From an uncultured Rhodospirillales bacterium (GTDB lineage Bacteria > Pseudomonadota > Alphaproteobacteria > Acetobacterales > Acetobacteraceae), in contig CAILMF010000041.1 in the NCBI GenBank assembly GCA_903835235.1, positions 7,733 to 71,732 on the forward strand: 64,000 bases of DNA. The letters run 5' to 3'. Shown piece by piece: positions 27,676-35,777 of this stretch. Numbering within the stretch: the stretch's first letter is position 1; each line of letters starts with the position of its first letter. Position numbers and translations under genes: made by a program. Below the pieces are notes generated by a model. The model was not told where the DNA came from, made no database searches, and saw only the letters and a program-made list of their open reading frames with translations.

Positions 27676-28166
27676 AGCCCAGCCTCCGCCCAATTCGCCG
27701 CCGGCTCGGCCGGGTGGCTGGCGAAGCCCGCCGCATGCACGCCCGAGATCGCCGCGTATTCGTCCTTATCCGAGGCATCGCCGGAGACGCCCACCGCGCC
27801 GATCGCCTCGCCATCGGCGTTCAGCACCAGCACGCCGCCGGGCACCGGGATGAAGCGCCCCTCGCTGGCCGCCGCGATGGCAGCCTGGAAGGCCGGCCGC
27901 TCCTTCAGCCGGTCGCGGATGACGCGGCTGCCGATGCCCATGCCCAGCGCCGCGCTGGCCTTGCCCTCGGCAATGGCGCGCCGCAGCGTGCCGGCGCCAT
28001 CCTGCCGGCGAAACGCGACCAGGTTGGCGCCGGCATCCAGCACCGCCACGGCCAGCGGCAGCAGCCCCGCGGCGGCGCCGGCGGCCAGCGTCGCCTCGAT
28101 CATGCGTTCGGCATCGGCCAGCCGCAGCGAGGCCTGGACATGCTTGACGTAGTAATCCGCGCTCAT
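27672..28166 (-). CDS. GlcG/HbpS-like haem-binding (DUF336) protein
   Basis: Track ORF 27672..28295 trimmed to ATG 28166, with GGAGGA upstream. LPLAVAVLDAGANLVAF.RQDGAG...GGVLV...GEAIGAVGVSGDASDKDE is the DUF336 pattern. Confidence 0.75.
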   Translation of the reverse strand: MSADYYVKHVQASLRLADAERMIEATLAAGAAAGLLPLAVAVLDAGANLVAFRRQDGAGTLRRAIAEGKASAALGMGIGSRVIRDRLKERPAFQAAIAAASEGRFIPVPGGVLVLNADGEAIGAVGVSGDASDKDEYAAISGVHAAGFASHPAEPAANWAEAGL

Positions 28167-28266
28167 GCGGCGCTTCCTCCGGGGTTCTTGCGGGCAGTCT
28201 AGAGTGTGATCGTCGCAGGCGGAATCGCCGGAGACGTCAGGCGCTTCCATCTGCGCCTGACGGACT

Positions 28267-28860
28267 CTAGCCCCGAAACTCCGGCATTGTCGCATGCCCT
28301 GGCGCCGTCACCCCGCGCTGGCGCAGCAGCAGCCAGGCGCAGCGCAGCGCTATCAGCAGGTCGCCGCGCAGCGTCACCCGCGCGGCGTAGTGCGCATCCA
28401 ATTCAAGCCGCTGCTCCCACGGCACCGCGTTGCGCCCCGCGGCCTGCGCCAGCCCGGCCAGCCCGGGCCGCACCCGCAGCCGCTCCGCCTGGCGCGGCGT
28501 GTAGCGCTGAGTATAACTGGGCAGCAGCGGGCGCGGGCCGACCAGGCTCATCTCCCCGCGCAGCACGTTCAGCAGCTGCGGCAGCTCGTCCAGCGCGCTG
28601 GCCCGCAGCAGCCGGCCGAAGCGGGTCATGCGCGCCGCGTCATCGCCGGCGCCGTGGCGCAGACTGCGCAGCTTCACAAGCACGAAGACCGCGCCGCCCA
28701 ACCCCGCCCTCTGCTGGGTGAACAATACCGGGCGGCCCAACGCCAGCCGCACCGCAAGCATCGCCGCCAGCAGCAGCGGCGCGATCAGCACCAGCAGCAG
28801 CGTGGCGCCAACCACATCCACTGCCCGCTTGCCCCAGGCGTTATACATCGCGGGCGTCAT
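28267..28860 (-). CDS. small monotopic phosphoglycosyl (undecaprenyl-phosphate sugar-phosphate) transferase, WbaP-C/ExoY/PglC-like
   Basis: Track ORF 28267..29844 trimmed to ATG 28860 (ATGA overlap with the upstream stop), giving 197 aa. KRAVDVVGATLLLVLIAPLLL...PVLFTQQRAGLGG..F.LVKLRS...DELPQLLNVLRGEMSLVGPRP is the bacterial sugar transferase signature. Confidence 0.85.
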   Translation of the reverse strand: MTPAMYNAWGKRAVDVVGATLLLVLIAPLLLAAMLAVRLALGRPVLFTQQRAGLGGAVFVLVKLRSLRHGAGDDAARMTRFGRLLRASALDELPQLLNVLRGEMSLVGPRPLLPSYTQRYTPRQAERLRVRPGLAGLAQAAGRNAVPWEQRLELDAHYAARVTLRGDLLIALRCAWLLLRQRGVTAPGHATMPEFRG

Positions 28861-30098
28861 ACATCTCGGGCCTCGGCCTCCACCGCCAGGGAGAGCAGCA
28901 ACCCCAGCGCGAACCAGGCCATGCGGTTGCCGAGATCGGTACTGACCATCACGGTCAGCGCCACCGGCAGGGTCAGCGCCGCCACCCGCGCGGCCCGCCC
29001 GGGGGCGACATGCCGGGCCTGGCGCAGCGCCAGCACCACCCCGCCGCCGAAGGCGCCGAGCCACAGCACCAGCCCGGGCAACCCGCCCTCCGCCAGGGCT
29101 TCCAGCGCATGGTTGTGCGGGTACATGCCGCGCCGTTCGCCGAAGCCGGCCGCCTGGGGGAAGCCGCCGGTGCCCAGGCCCAGCGGCGCCGCCTCCCCGC
29201 CCCAGCGCAGCGCCTCCCGCCACAGGATCGTCCGCGCCGGCGTGGCGGTGGTCGGCTCGCCGAACACCCGTTCCAGCGTGCGTAACCCGGCGGCGCCGCG
29301 CGGCGAGGCCAGCAGCAGCCCCAACCCGAGCAGCCCCAGGCCCAGCATGGCGCCGAACCAGCCCAGCGCCGCCAGCCAGCGCCCGCGCAGCGCCCAGAAC
29401 AGCGCCGGCGCGCCGGCCACGCCCAGCCCCGCCGCCAGCAAGGCCAGCCGCCCGCCCGGCACCAGCACCGCGGCCGCAAGCGCCAAGGTCAGCCCCAGCC
29501 AGGCCAGGCGCGCCAGCCCCCGCGCCTCCGCCACGCGCACCGCCGCCAGCCCGGCGGCGCAGGCAATGGCCAGCCCGGCCAGCTGGTACTGCACCCGCAC
29601 CAGCTCGGCATCGCCGCCGGCACCGCCCAGCACCACCTGGCGCGTCGCCACGCCCCAGGCGATGCCGCCACCGACCACCACCCCCACCACCAGCGTGGCG
29701 GTGCAGCAGCGCCGCAGCGCCGGGGCATCGGCGCCCACCAGCACGCCGGCCAGAAGCATCGAGGGCGCCAGCAGCACCAGGCCGGGCAGCTTCTCGGCCA
29801 GCACATCGTCCGAGGCGCTCCAGGCGCCGGCCAGCACCAGCCACAGTACCAGGGCCAGCGCCGCCGCCAGCGGCAGGGCCAGGCCGCGCGCCAGCCGCCA
29901 GCGCCGCACCAGCAGCAGCACCGCCAGGGAGGGCACCAGCGCGGCAAAGGCCAGCGCCGTCAGGTCGAAGGGCAGGCCGGCCAGGCCGGGGACGGATTTC
30001 AGCGCGCCGGCGAAGTGCATCACCGCGGCCAGCGCGCCGCTGCCCGCCGCCAGCACCGCGGCATCCGGCCGCCAGGCCGGTGCCGCCGCATTCACCAC
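28857..30098 (-). CDS. O-antigen ligase/polymerase family (Wzy_C) membrane protein
   Basis: Track ORF of 413 aa, polytopic. The periplasmic loop ...GLGTGGFPQAAGFGERRGMYPHNHALEALAEGGLPG matches the Wzy_C motif. GTG start at 30098 or 30095 (GTGA overlap with the wzz-like stop). Confidence 0.7.
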   Translation of the reverse strand: MVNAAAPAWRPDAAVLAAGSGALAAVMHFAGALKSVPGLAGLPFDLTALAFAALVPSLAVLLLVRRWRLARGLALPLAAALALVLWLVLAGAWSASDDVLAEKLPGLVLLAPSMLLAGVLVGADAPALRRCCTATLVVGVVVGGGIAWGVATRQVVLGGAGGDAELVRVQYQLAGLAIACAAGLAAVRVAEARGLARLAWLGLTLALAAAVLVPGGRLALLAAGLGVAGAPALFWALRGRWLAALGWFGAMLGLGLLGLGLLLASPRGAAGLRTLERVFGEPTTATPARTILWREALRWGGEAAPLGLGTGGFPQAAGFGERRGMYPHNHALEALAEGGLPGLVLWLGAFGGGVVLALRQARHVAPGRAARVAALTLPVALTVMVSTDLGNRMAWFALGLLLSLAVEAEARDV

Positions 30099-31000
30099 AG
30101 GCCGAAGCCGCGCCGCCAGCCGGCGCGCATCAGCTGCACCCCGTGCCGGCGCGGCCCAGTCCAGGGTTTCGGCTGCCAGCCCAGCAGCACCAGGGCAAAC
30201 ACCGCGCCGCCGACCGCCAGCGGCACCGCCACCACCAGCAGCACCAGCAGCAGCGGTCGGTTCGGCACCGAGGGGCGCTGTTCCACCATGGGCGCCGAGA
30301 CCACCCGCGCCGCCACCGTGCGGTCCGCCCCCACCACCAGCCGGGCGCGCTGTTGCTGGCCCAGCAGCTCGTACAGGCTCTGGCGCACATAGAGGTCGGT
30401 CTCGGCCTCAAGCTGCGCCCGCAGCGCCGCGATACGTCGGCCCGCCAGCTCCGCCAGGTCGCCGCGCACCTTGGCTTCGGCGAAGCCGTGCAGCCGGGCC
30501 AGCGCCTCCAGCGCCATACCGCGGTCGCGGTGCTTCAACTCCAGCGCGAAGGTGATGCTGGCGGTGCTCTGGGTGACCGCCAGGTTGCGGTCCAGCCAGT
30601 TGCGGGCGTCGTCCAGGTCGGCCTCCAGCCGCAGGCCGAACACCTCCCGCATCGACCCGGTCAGCCCGGCCGAGCGCAACCGCGTCAGATACGCCAGCAG
30701 CGCGGTATCCCGCGCCAGCATCTCCACCGCCTCGGCCGAGCGCAGCGCGTCCAGGTAGATCGCGAAATTGCCGCCGGGACGATTGTCCAGCAGCCCGCCA
30801 TTGGCCAGCAGGCTGGCCGGCGCCAGCAGGGAGGAGGTGGCGATGCCGGTGGATTCCGCCGGCGCCACCACGCCGCGGGCGACGTAGCTGCGCGGCCAGG
30901 TCATCACCACCAGCGCGGTCAACGCGAACAGCAGCAGGGTCGCCAGCGCCACGCGCCCGCGCACCGCCCATACCCCGCGAAGTACCTGTTCAAGCGGCAT
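30092..31000 (-). CDS. Wzz-like polysaccharide co-polymerase (chain-length determinant) without kinase domain
   Basis: Track ORF 30092..31051 (TTG); I prefer ATG 31000. It has one N-terminal TM and one C-terminal TM (LLLVLLVVAVPLAVGGAVFALVLL) flanking a coiled-coil-rich periplasmic segment (AALRAQLEAETDLYVRQSLYELLGQQQ). Confidence 0.55.
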   Translation of the reverse strand: MPLEQVLRGVWAVRGRVALATLLLFALTALVVMTWPRSYVARGVVAPAESTGIATSSLLAPASLLANGGLLDNRPGGNFAIYLDALRSAEAVEMLARDTALLAYLTRLRSAGLTGSMREVFGLRLEADLDDARNWLDRNLAVTQSTASITFALELKHRDRGMALEALARLHGFAEAKVRGDLAELAGRRIAALRAQLEAETDLYVRQSLYELLGQQQRARLVVGADRTVAARVVSAPMVEQRPSVPNRPLLLVLLVVAVPLAVGGAVFALVLLGWQPKPWTGPRRHGVQLMRAGWRRGFGLW

Positions 31001-31061
31001 GCACCACCCCAATGACGCGGCCAGGGTGGGCCGCTGCGCCGCTGATTTCAACCGGTGGTGG

Positions 31062-32810
31062 TCAGAAAAGGGTAACGACGGTTAACAGACGGGAAACCGG
31101 CGCGGCGGTTCGCGCGACCAGCACCGGCACCGCGGAAATCTCGCCGTAAGCCAGGCTCTCCCAGCCCTGCTCCAGCGCCAGGGCCAGCGGGGCGTCGCAG
31201 GAGATGACGAGCCTGGCCCGCGGGCCTACCACGCCGTCCTCGGTCACCCGCCATTCTCCCGGCGCCAGCCGCCAGCGCAGCGCCAGGGTCGCGAAGCGGC
31301 CGGCAACGCGATCCTCCACCTGCCAGACCCGGCCTTGCACGGAGACCCGCCGCTCATGCCGGCGGCGCCTGGCATCCCGCACCCAGCCACCATCGGCCAG
31401 CCGCCCGCCTGCCGGCCAGCGCGCGAACAGGAAGCGGGAGACCCTGGGCATCTGGTCCTCGCCATCGAAGCCGATGGTGTTGTGCCCCGCCGTCCCGGTC
31501 AGCAGGTCCAGCCACCATTCGCGGCCGGCCCCGGGATTATAGGCGCCGGAGCCGCCATCCCGCAGCAGGGCGCCGTGGCGGTCGGCCAGGTCGAAATGCA
31601 GCAGGTCGGCATGGCCCGGCCGGAAGCGCAGCGGTCCCACCCGCAGCACGCCGCGCGCAGCTTCCGTTGCCCAGCCTTCCAGCCCCTCGTTCCGCCAGCG
31701 CCCGGCCCTGATGAAGCCGCCCGTCTGCAGCGGCTGCAACCCCAGCCAATCGCAGCCGGCCTCCGGCCCGAAGCCGCCGCCGTGCCCACAGAACAGCCGG
31801 GTCGCGCGCTCCAGGCTCGGGCGGGCGTCATCCGGCCCGGCCAGGGCCAGGTCGGCAAAGGCCGAGCCATCCTGGTGGCCCAGCCGGGGCGCGGCGCCGG
31901 TCGCGGCATCGGTCAGCCGCCACAGCAGGCCGGTGGCCGCGGCCATGCGCTGCCGGGTGGCGGGCGAGAGCCCCGGCGCGCCCTGCCGCCGCGCCAGCCA
32001 TTCCGCCACCGCGACCACGTCCAGCAGCAGCCGGTGATACCCGGTGCTGAGCTGGGCAAAGGCGCCGTCCGGCCCAACCAGCCGCAGGACATGCCGGTTG
32101 AGCCGTGCCGCCCCGCGCCGGGCCAGGGCGGCATCGCCAAGCGCCAGGCCGATGCCGAGCAGCCCGGCGGCCTCGCTGACCGGGTGGTTGTTGTCCTGCG
32201 CCATGGCATAGCCCGGCGCCGCGCCGATCCGCCGCGCATGCAGCGCCAGCAGCGCTCGTGCCCCCGCGGGTGGCGGCGCGCCCAGCAGGGCCAGGGCCAG
32301 GCAGAGATGCAGCGCCCGCAGCGCGGCCTCCTGCCCGCAGGCCCAGTTCGGCCCGCGAAAGGCAGGGTTGTGCCGGCACCAATCGGCCAGCAGCGCGGCG
32401 GCGCGGGCGCCATGCCCCGCCCCTGGCGCCAGCCGTTGCGCCTGGGCCAGCAGCGGCAACTCGGCCCAGCGATTGGCTTCCCAGACCGGCCGGACATCCC
32501 CCGATGCAAACAGGTTCAGCCGCGCCGCCGGCACCTGCGGCGGGAAGGGACCATGCCAGGGGCGCGGTGCCGCCTGGGCGGCCGCGGCCAGCACGGCGGC
32601 GGCATGCGCGGCGGGAAGGGCGGGCGCCGCGGGCGCGGCTGCCGGCCACAACGCCCCCAGCTCTGCCTGGTCCGGCACATCCGCCAGCGCGCGACGCAGC
32701 AGGGCGCGCCCAAAGGGGCTGCGATGCCAGGCCGCCAGCGCCACCGGGCGCGGTCCCAGGCGCCATGCGGCATCCATCAGCAGCAGGGGCCGGCCGGCTT
32801 GATACGACAT
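31062..32810 (-). CDS. heparinase II/III-like (alginate-lyase superfamily) protein
   Basis: Track ORF of 582 aa. WEANRWAELPLLAQA...NPAFRGPNWACGQEAALR...AQDNNHPVSEAAGLL...STGYHRLLLD...HADLLHFDL...GTAGHNT fit the Hepar_II_III N- and C-domain pattern as I recall it. Confidence 0.65.
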   Translation of the reverse strand: MSYQAGRPLLLMDAAWRLGPRPVALAAWHRSPFGRALLRRALADVPDQAELGALWPAAAPAAPALPAAHAAAVLAAAAQAAPRPWHGPFPPQVPAARLNLFASGDVRPVWEANRWAELPLLAQAQRLAPGAGHGARAAALLADWCRHNPAFRGPNWACGQEAALRALHLCLALALLGAPPPAGARALLALHARRIGAAPGYAMAQDNNHPVSEAAGLLGIGLALGDAALARRGAARLNRHVLRLVGPDGAFAQLSTGYHRLLLDVVAVAEWLARRQGAPGLSPATRQRMAAATGLLWRLTDAATGAAPRLGHQDGSAFADLALAGPDDARPSLERATRLFCGHGGGFGPEAGCDWLGLQPLQTGGFIRAGRWRNEGLEGWATEAARGVLRVGPLRFRPGHADLLHFDLADRHGALLRDGGSGAYNPGAGREWWLDLLTGTAGHNTIGFDGEDQMPRVSRFLFARWPAGGRLADGGWVRDARRRRHERRVSVQGRVWQVEDRVAGRFATLALRWRLAPGEWRVTEDGVVGPRARLVISCDAPLALALEQGWESLAYGEISAVPVLVARTAAPVSRLLTVVTLF

Positions 32811-32981
32811 TGCAATCGCGAGGATAACCGGGCTTAAGATTGTATCAACCTGGAGTTCTCGCCCTGGGGTTGCGTGCTGCGCTGCAACTCATCCTTGGTC
32901 GGACCTTTGGGTGCATGCCCACGCCTTTAGGTTCGGTCGATTTCCATCCGCAAATCCTCCTTCCTGCGAGCCGCCCTGCTG

Positions 32982-35774
32982 TTGCTGCCCCTGGTGCTGG
33001 CGGCGGCGGTGCTGGCCGCGGGCGGGCTGCGGGTGCCGGGCGCCCGGGCACAGGGCAGCCTGCTGAGCCCGCCGGCGCTGCCTTCCACCCTGCCGGGCGG
33101 CGGCTCCCTGCCGTTGCTGCCCCCGGCGGCGCAGCAGGACATTCTACAGCGCATGCTGGACGCCGCCGGCGCCGGCCGGCCGATGCAGCCTGGTGGCGCC
33201 GGCCCCGCCACTACCATGTTGCCCAACTCGCCGCCGCCCGCCGCCACCGCCCAACCCCCGGCGGCCATGGCGGCGCCGATGCTGGCCGCGGCCGAACCAG
33301 GCTCCCCGGCCGAGGCCTTCTTCCAGGCGCGGGCGGAACCCGGCGCCCCGCTGCTGCGGCAATTCGGCTATGACAGCCTGCAGGCAACCTCTGCCGGCGG
33401 CCCCACCGGCATGTCCTTCGGCGCCCTGCCGGACGACTATGTGGTGGGCCGCGACGACGAGGTGGTGGTGGCCTTCCGCGGCCGCGCCCGCGCCTCGCTC
33501 TCCGCCCGGGTCACCCGCGACGGCAGCCTGATATTGCCGGACCTGGCGCCGATCCCGGCCGCCGGGCGCACGCTGCGAGAGCTTCGCGCCGACCTCTCGG
33601 CCCGGGTGGCGCGGGACCTTTCGGGCTCGGAGGTCTTCGTCTCCATCGGCCAGGTCCGCCAGGTAGCGATCTTCGTGGGCGGGGAGGTCGGCCGCCCCGG
33701 CATGCAGGCCCTGACCGCCTTCGGCTCGGTGCTGGATGCGCTGGTCGCGGCCGGCGGCATCAAGCGCACCGGCAGCCTGCGTGCCATCCGGGTGGAAGGC
33801 CCGGCCGGCCGCCGCATCGTCGACCTCTACGCCGTCATCGCCGGCGAGGGCGACAGCCCCGACCTGACCCTGCGCGAGGGCGAGCGCATCCTGGTGCCCT
33901 CGCTGGGCGGCGTGGTGGCGATGGGCGGCGAACTCACCCGCCCCGGCATCTACGAATTGCCCGCCGGCACCAGCAGCCTGCCGCTCAGCGCCATGCTGGC
34001 CCTGGCCGGTGAACCGCTGCGCCCCACCGGCAGCCGCTTCCTGGTGCAGAGCACCGAGGCCGATGGCCGCCGCAGCTACCGCGAGATCACCCCGCGCGAC
34101 CCGATCCGCCGTGGCGACCTGCTGGTGGTGCAGCCCGGCGCCGATGTGGTGGCCAACCAGCTGCGGCTGGGCGGCCATGTCGCGGTGCCGGTGACGCGGG
34201 CCGCCGGGCGCGGGCTGACCCTGCGACGCCTGCTCTCCGACCCGCGCCTGGTGCGGGCGGACCCTTATCCGCGCCTGGGCGTGGTCTGGCGGACGGATGC
34301 GCAGAGCCGCAGCCGGCGCTGGCTGCCCTTCGACCTGGGCCGGGTACTTGCTGGGCGCGCCGACCTGCCGCTGGCCGAGGGCGACGAGGTGGTGGTGCTG
34401 GGCCTGGCCGACGTGATGTGGCTGGCCAGCCCCAGCGTGCAGCAGGCGCTGCGCGGCACCTTGCCGCCGCCGACCAGCCCCGGCGCCGGCGCCCCGCCGG
34501 CCGCTGCCACCACCACCAGCGATGGCCTGGCGCCCATCGGTGGCCCTGCGGCGCCGCCCGGCCTGCCCGGCCAGGGCGGCCCGGACTGCCCGGCGCTGAC
34601 GCAACTGGCCGTTGCCGCGCAGGCCGCGCCGCAGCGCTACGGCCATGCCCGCGGCGCCGGCTTCCCCGACAGCGCGGGACGGCTGACCTGCCCGCAGGTC
34701 TTCATCGACCACCCGAGCCTGCTGCCCTACCTGCTGGACCAGACCGTGCTGCTGACTGGTGAGGTCCGCCACCCCGGCCTCTACCCCGTGGTGAACGATA
34801 CCGGGCTGGACCAGGTGCTGGCCGCAGCCGGCGGCGCCACCGATACCGCCGATCTCTCCACCATTGAATTCGCCCGCGAACCCGCCGAGCAGACCGCGAC
34901 GCTGCCGCTGACCCGACAGTTGCTGGACCTGCGCAGCGGCAACTTCGCCGCCGTGCGCCTCTCGCCGCGCGACGCCATCCGCCTGCCGCGCGGCTTCTCC
35001 GACCGCGACCTTGGCCCGGTGACGCTGGCCGGCGAGTTCATGCGCCCCGGCGTCTTCGACATCCGCCGCGGCGAGCGCCTGTCCGATGTTGTTGCCCGCG
35101 CCGGGGGGCTGACCCCGCAGGCCTATCCCTATGGCGCCATCTTCACCCGCGCTGCCTTGCGCGCTCGCCAGCAGGACGGTTTCCGCCGCACCGCCGCGCA
35201 GCTGGAACAGGGCATGATGCAGGTCGCCTCCGGCCAGGCCATGGCCGGGCTTTCCGGCCCGCTGGACCTTGGCGGCGCGGTGCAGGCCGGCAGGCAATTG
35301 GCGGCCAGTCTGCGCAATACCCCGGCGCTTGGCCGCATGGTGGTGGAGGCCAACCCGGTGGTGCTGGCCAGCCGGCCGGAGCTGGACGTGCTGCTGGAAC
35401 CCGGCGACCTCATCTTCATGCCGAAGCGCCCGGGCGACGTCACCGTCATCGGCGCGGTGCTGAACCCCGGCAGCCTGCAATTCGCCACCGGCATGAAGGC
35501 CGGCGACTACGTCCGCGCCGCCGGCGGGGAACAGCGCTACGCCGATGGCTCGCGCGCCTTCGTGGTGCTGCCCAATGGCAGTTCCGTGATGGCCGGCCTG
35601 GGCAGTTGGCAGTTTCCCGGCCCGCCGATCCCGCCGGGTTCCATGATCGTGGTGCCGCAGGACCCCTCGCCCTTCGAGGTCTGGGGCACCTTGCGGGAGG
35701 TCAGCAACCTGATGGCCCAGGTCGCGGTCTCCACCGCCACGCTGGCGCTGATGGGCCGGGTCGTTGGGTTCTGA
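32982..35774 (+). CDS. giant outer-membrane polysaccharide export protein (Wza/OPX-like; Poly_export domain plus about six SLBB repeats)
   Basis: Track ORF of 930 aa with a TTG start. Poly_export core DDYVVGRDDEVVVAFRGR...VTRDGSLILPDLAPIPAAGRTLRELRADL. Repeated SLBB cores (GEVGRPG, GELTRPGIYE, GEVRHPGLYP, GEFMRPGVFD, GAVLNPGSLQ). Hydrophobic C-terminal helix. The reading frame is open from 32931, so the true start is uncertain. Confidence 0.8.
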   Translation: MLPLVLAAAVLAAGGLRVPGARAQGSLLSPPALPSTLPGGGSLPLLPPAAQQDILQRMLDAAGAGRPMQPGGAGPATTMLPNSPPPAATAQPPAAMAAPMLAAAEPGSPAEAFFQARAEPGAPLLRQFGYDSLQATSAGGPTGMSFGALPDDYVVGRDDEVVVAFRGRARASLSARVTRDGSLILPDLAPIPAAGRTLRELRADLSARVARDLSGSEVFVSIGQVRQVAIFVGGEVGRPGMQALTAFGSVLDALVAAGGIKRTGSLRAIRVEGPAGRRIVDLYAVIAGEGDSPDLTLREGERILVPSLGGVVAMGGELTRPGIYELPAGTSSLPLSAMLALAGEPLRPTGSRFLVQSTEADGRRSYREITPRDPIRRGDLLVVQPGADVVANQLRLGGHVAVPVTRAAGRGLTLRRLLSDPRLVRADPYPRLGVVWRTDAQSRSRRWLPFDLGRVLAGRADLPLAEGDEVVVLGLADVMWLASPSVQQALRGTLPPPTSPGAGAPPAAATTTSDGLAPIGGPAAPPGLPGQGGPDCPALTQLAVAAQAAPQRYGHARGAGFPDSAGRLTCPQVFIDHPSLLPYLLDQTVLLTGEVRHPGLYPVVNDTGLDQVLAAAGGATDTADLSTIEFAREPAEQTATLPLTRQLLDLRSGNFAAVRLSPRDAIRLPRGFSDRDLGPVTLAGEFMRPGVFDIRRGERLSDVVARAGGLTPQAYPYGAIFTRAALRARQQDGFRRTAAQLEQGMMQVASGQAMAGLSGPLDLGGAVQAGRQLAASLRNTPALGRMVVEANPVVLASRPELDVLLEPGDLIFMPKRPGDVTVIGAVLNPGSLQFATGMKAGDYVRAAGGEQRYADGSRAFVVLPNGSSVMAGLGSWQFPGPPIPPGSMIVVPQDPSPFEVWGTLREVSNLMAQVAVSTATLALMGRVVGF

Positions 35775-35777
35775 TGC

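Noticed and set aside
28294-30555. 753-aa + strand Ala/Pro/Ser/Arg-rich ORF
   Set aside because: Antisense to the sugar transferase, Wzy_C and Wzz-like genes. Its low-complexity composition has no membrane segments or motifs.
33144-35480. 778-aa minus-strand ORF
   Set aside because: Antisense shadow of the Wza-like exporter gene.
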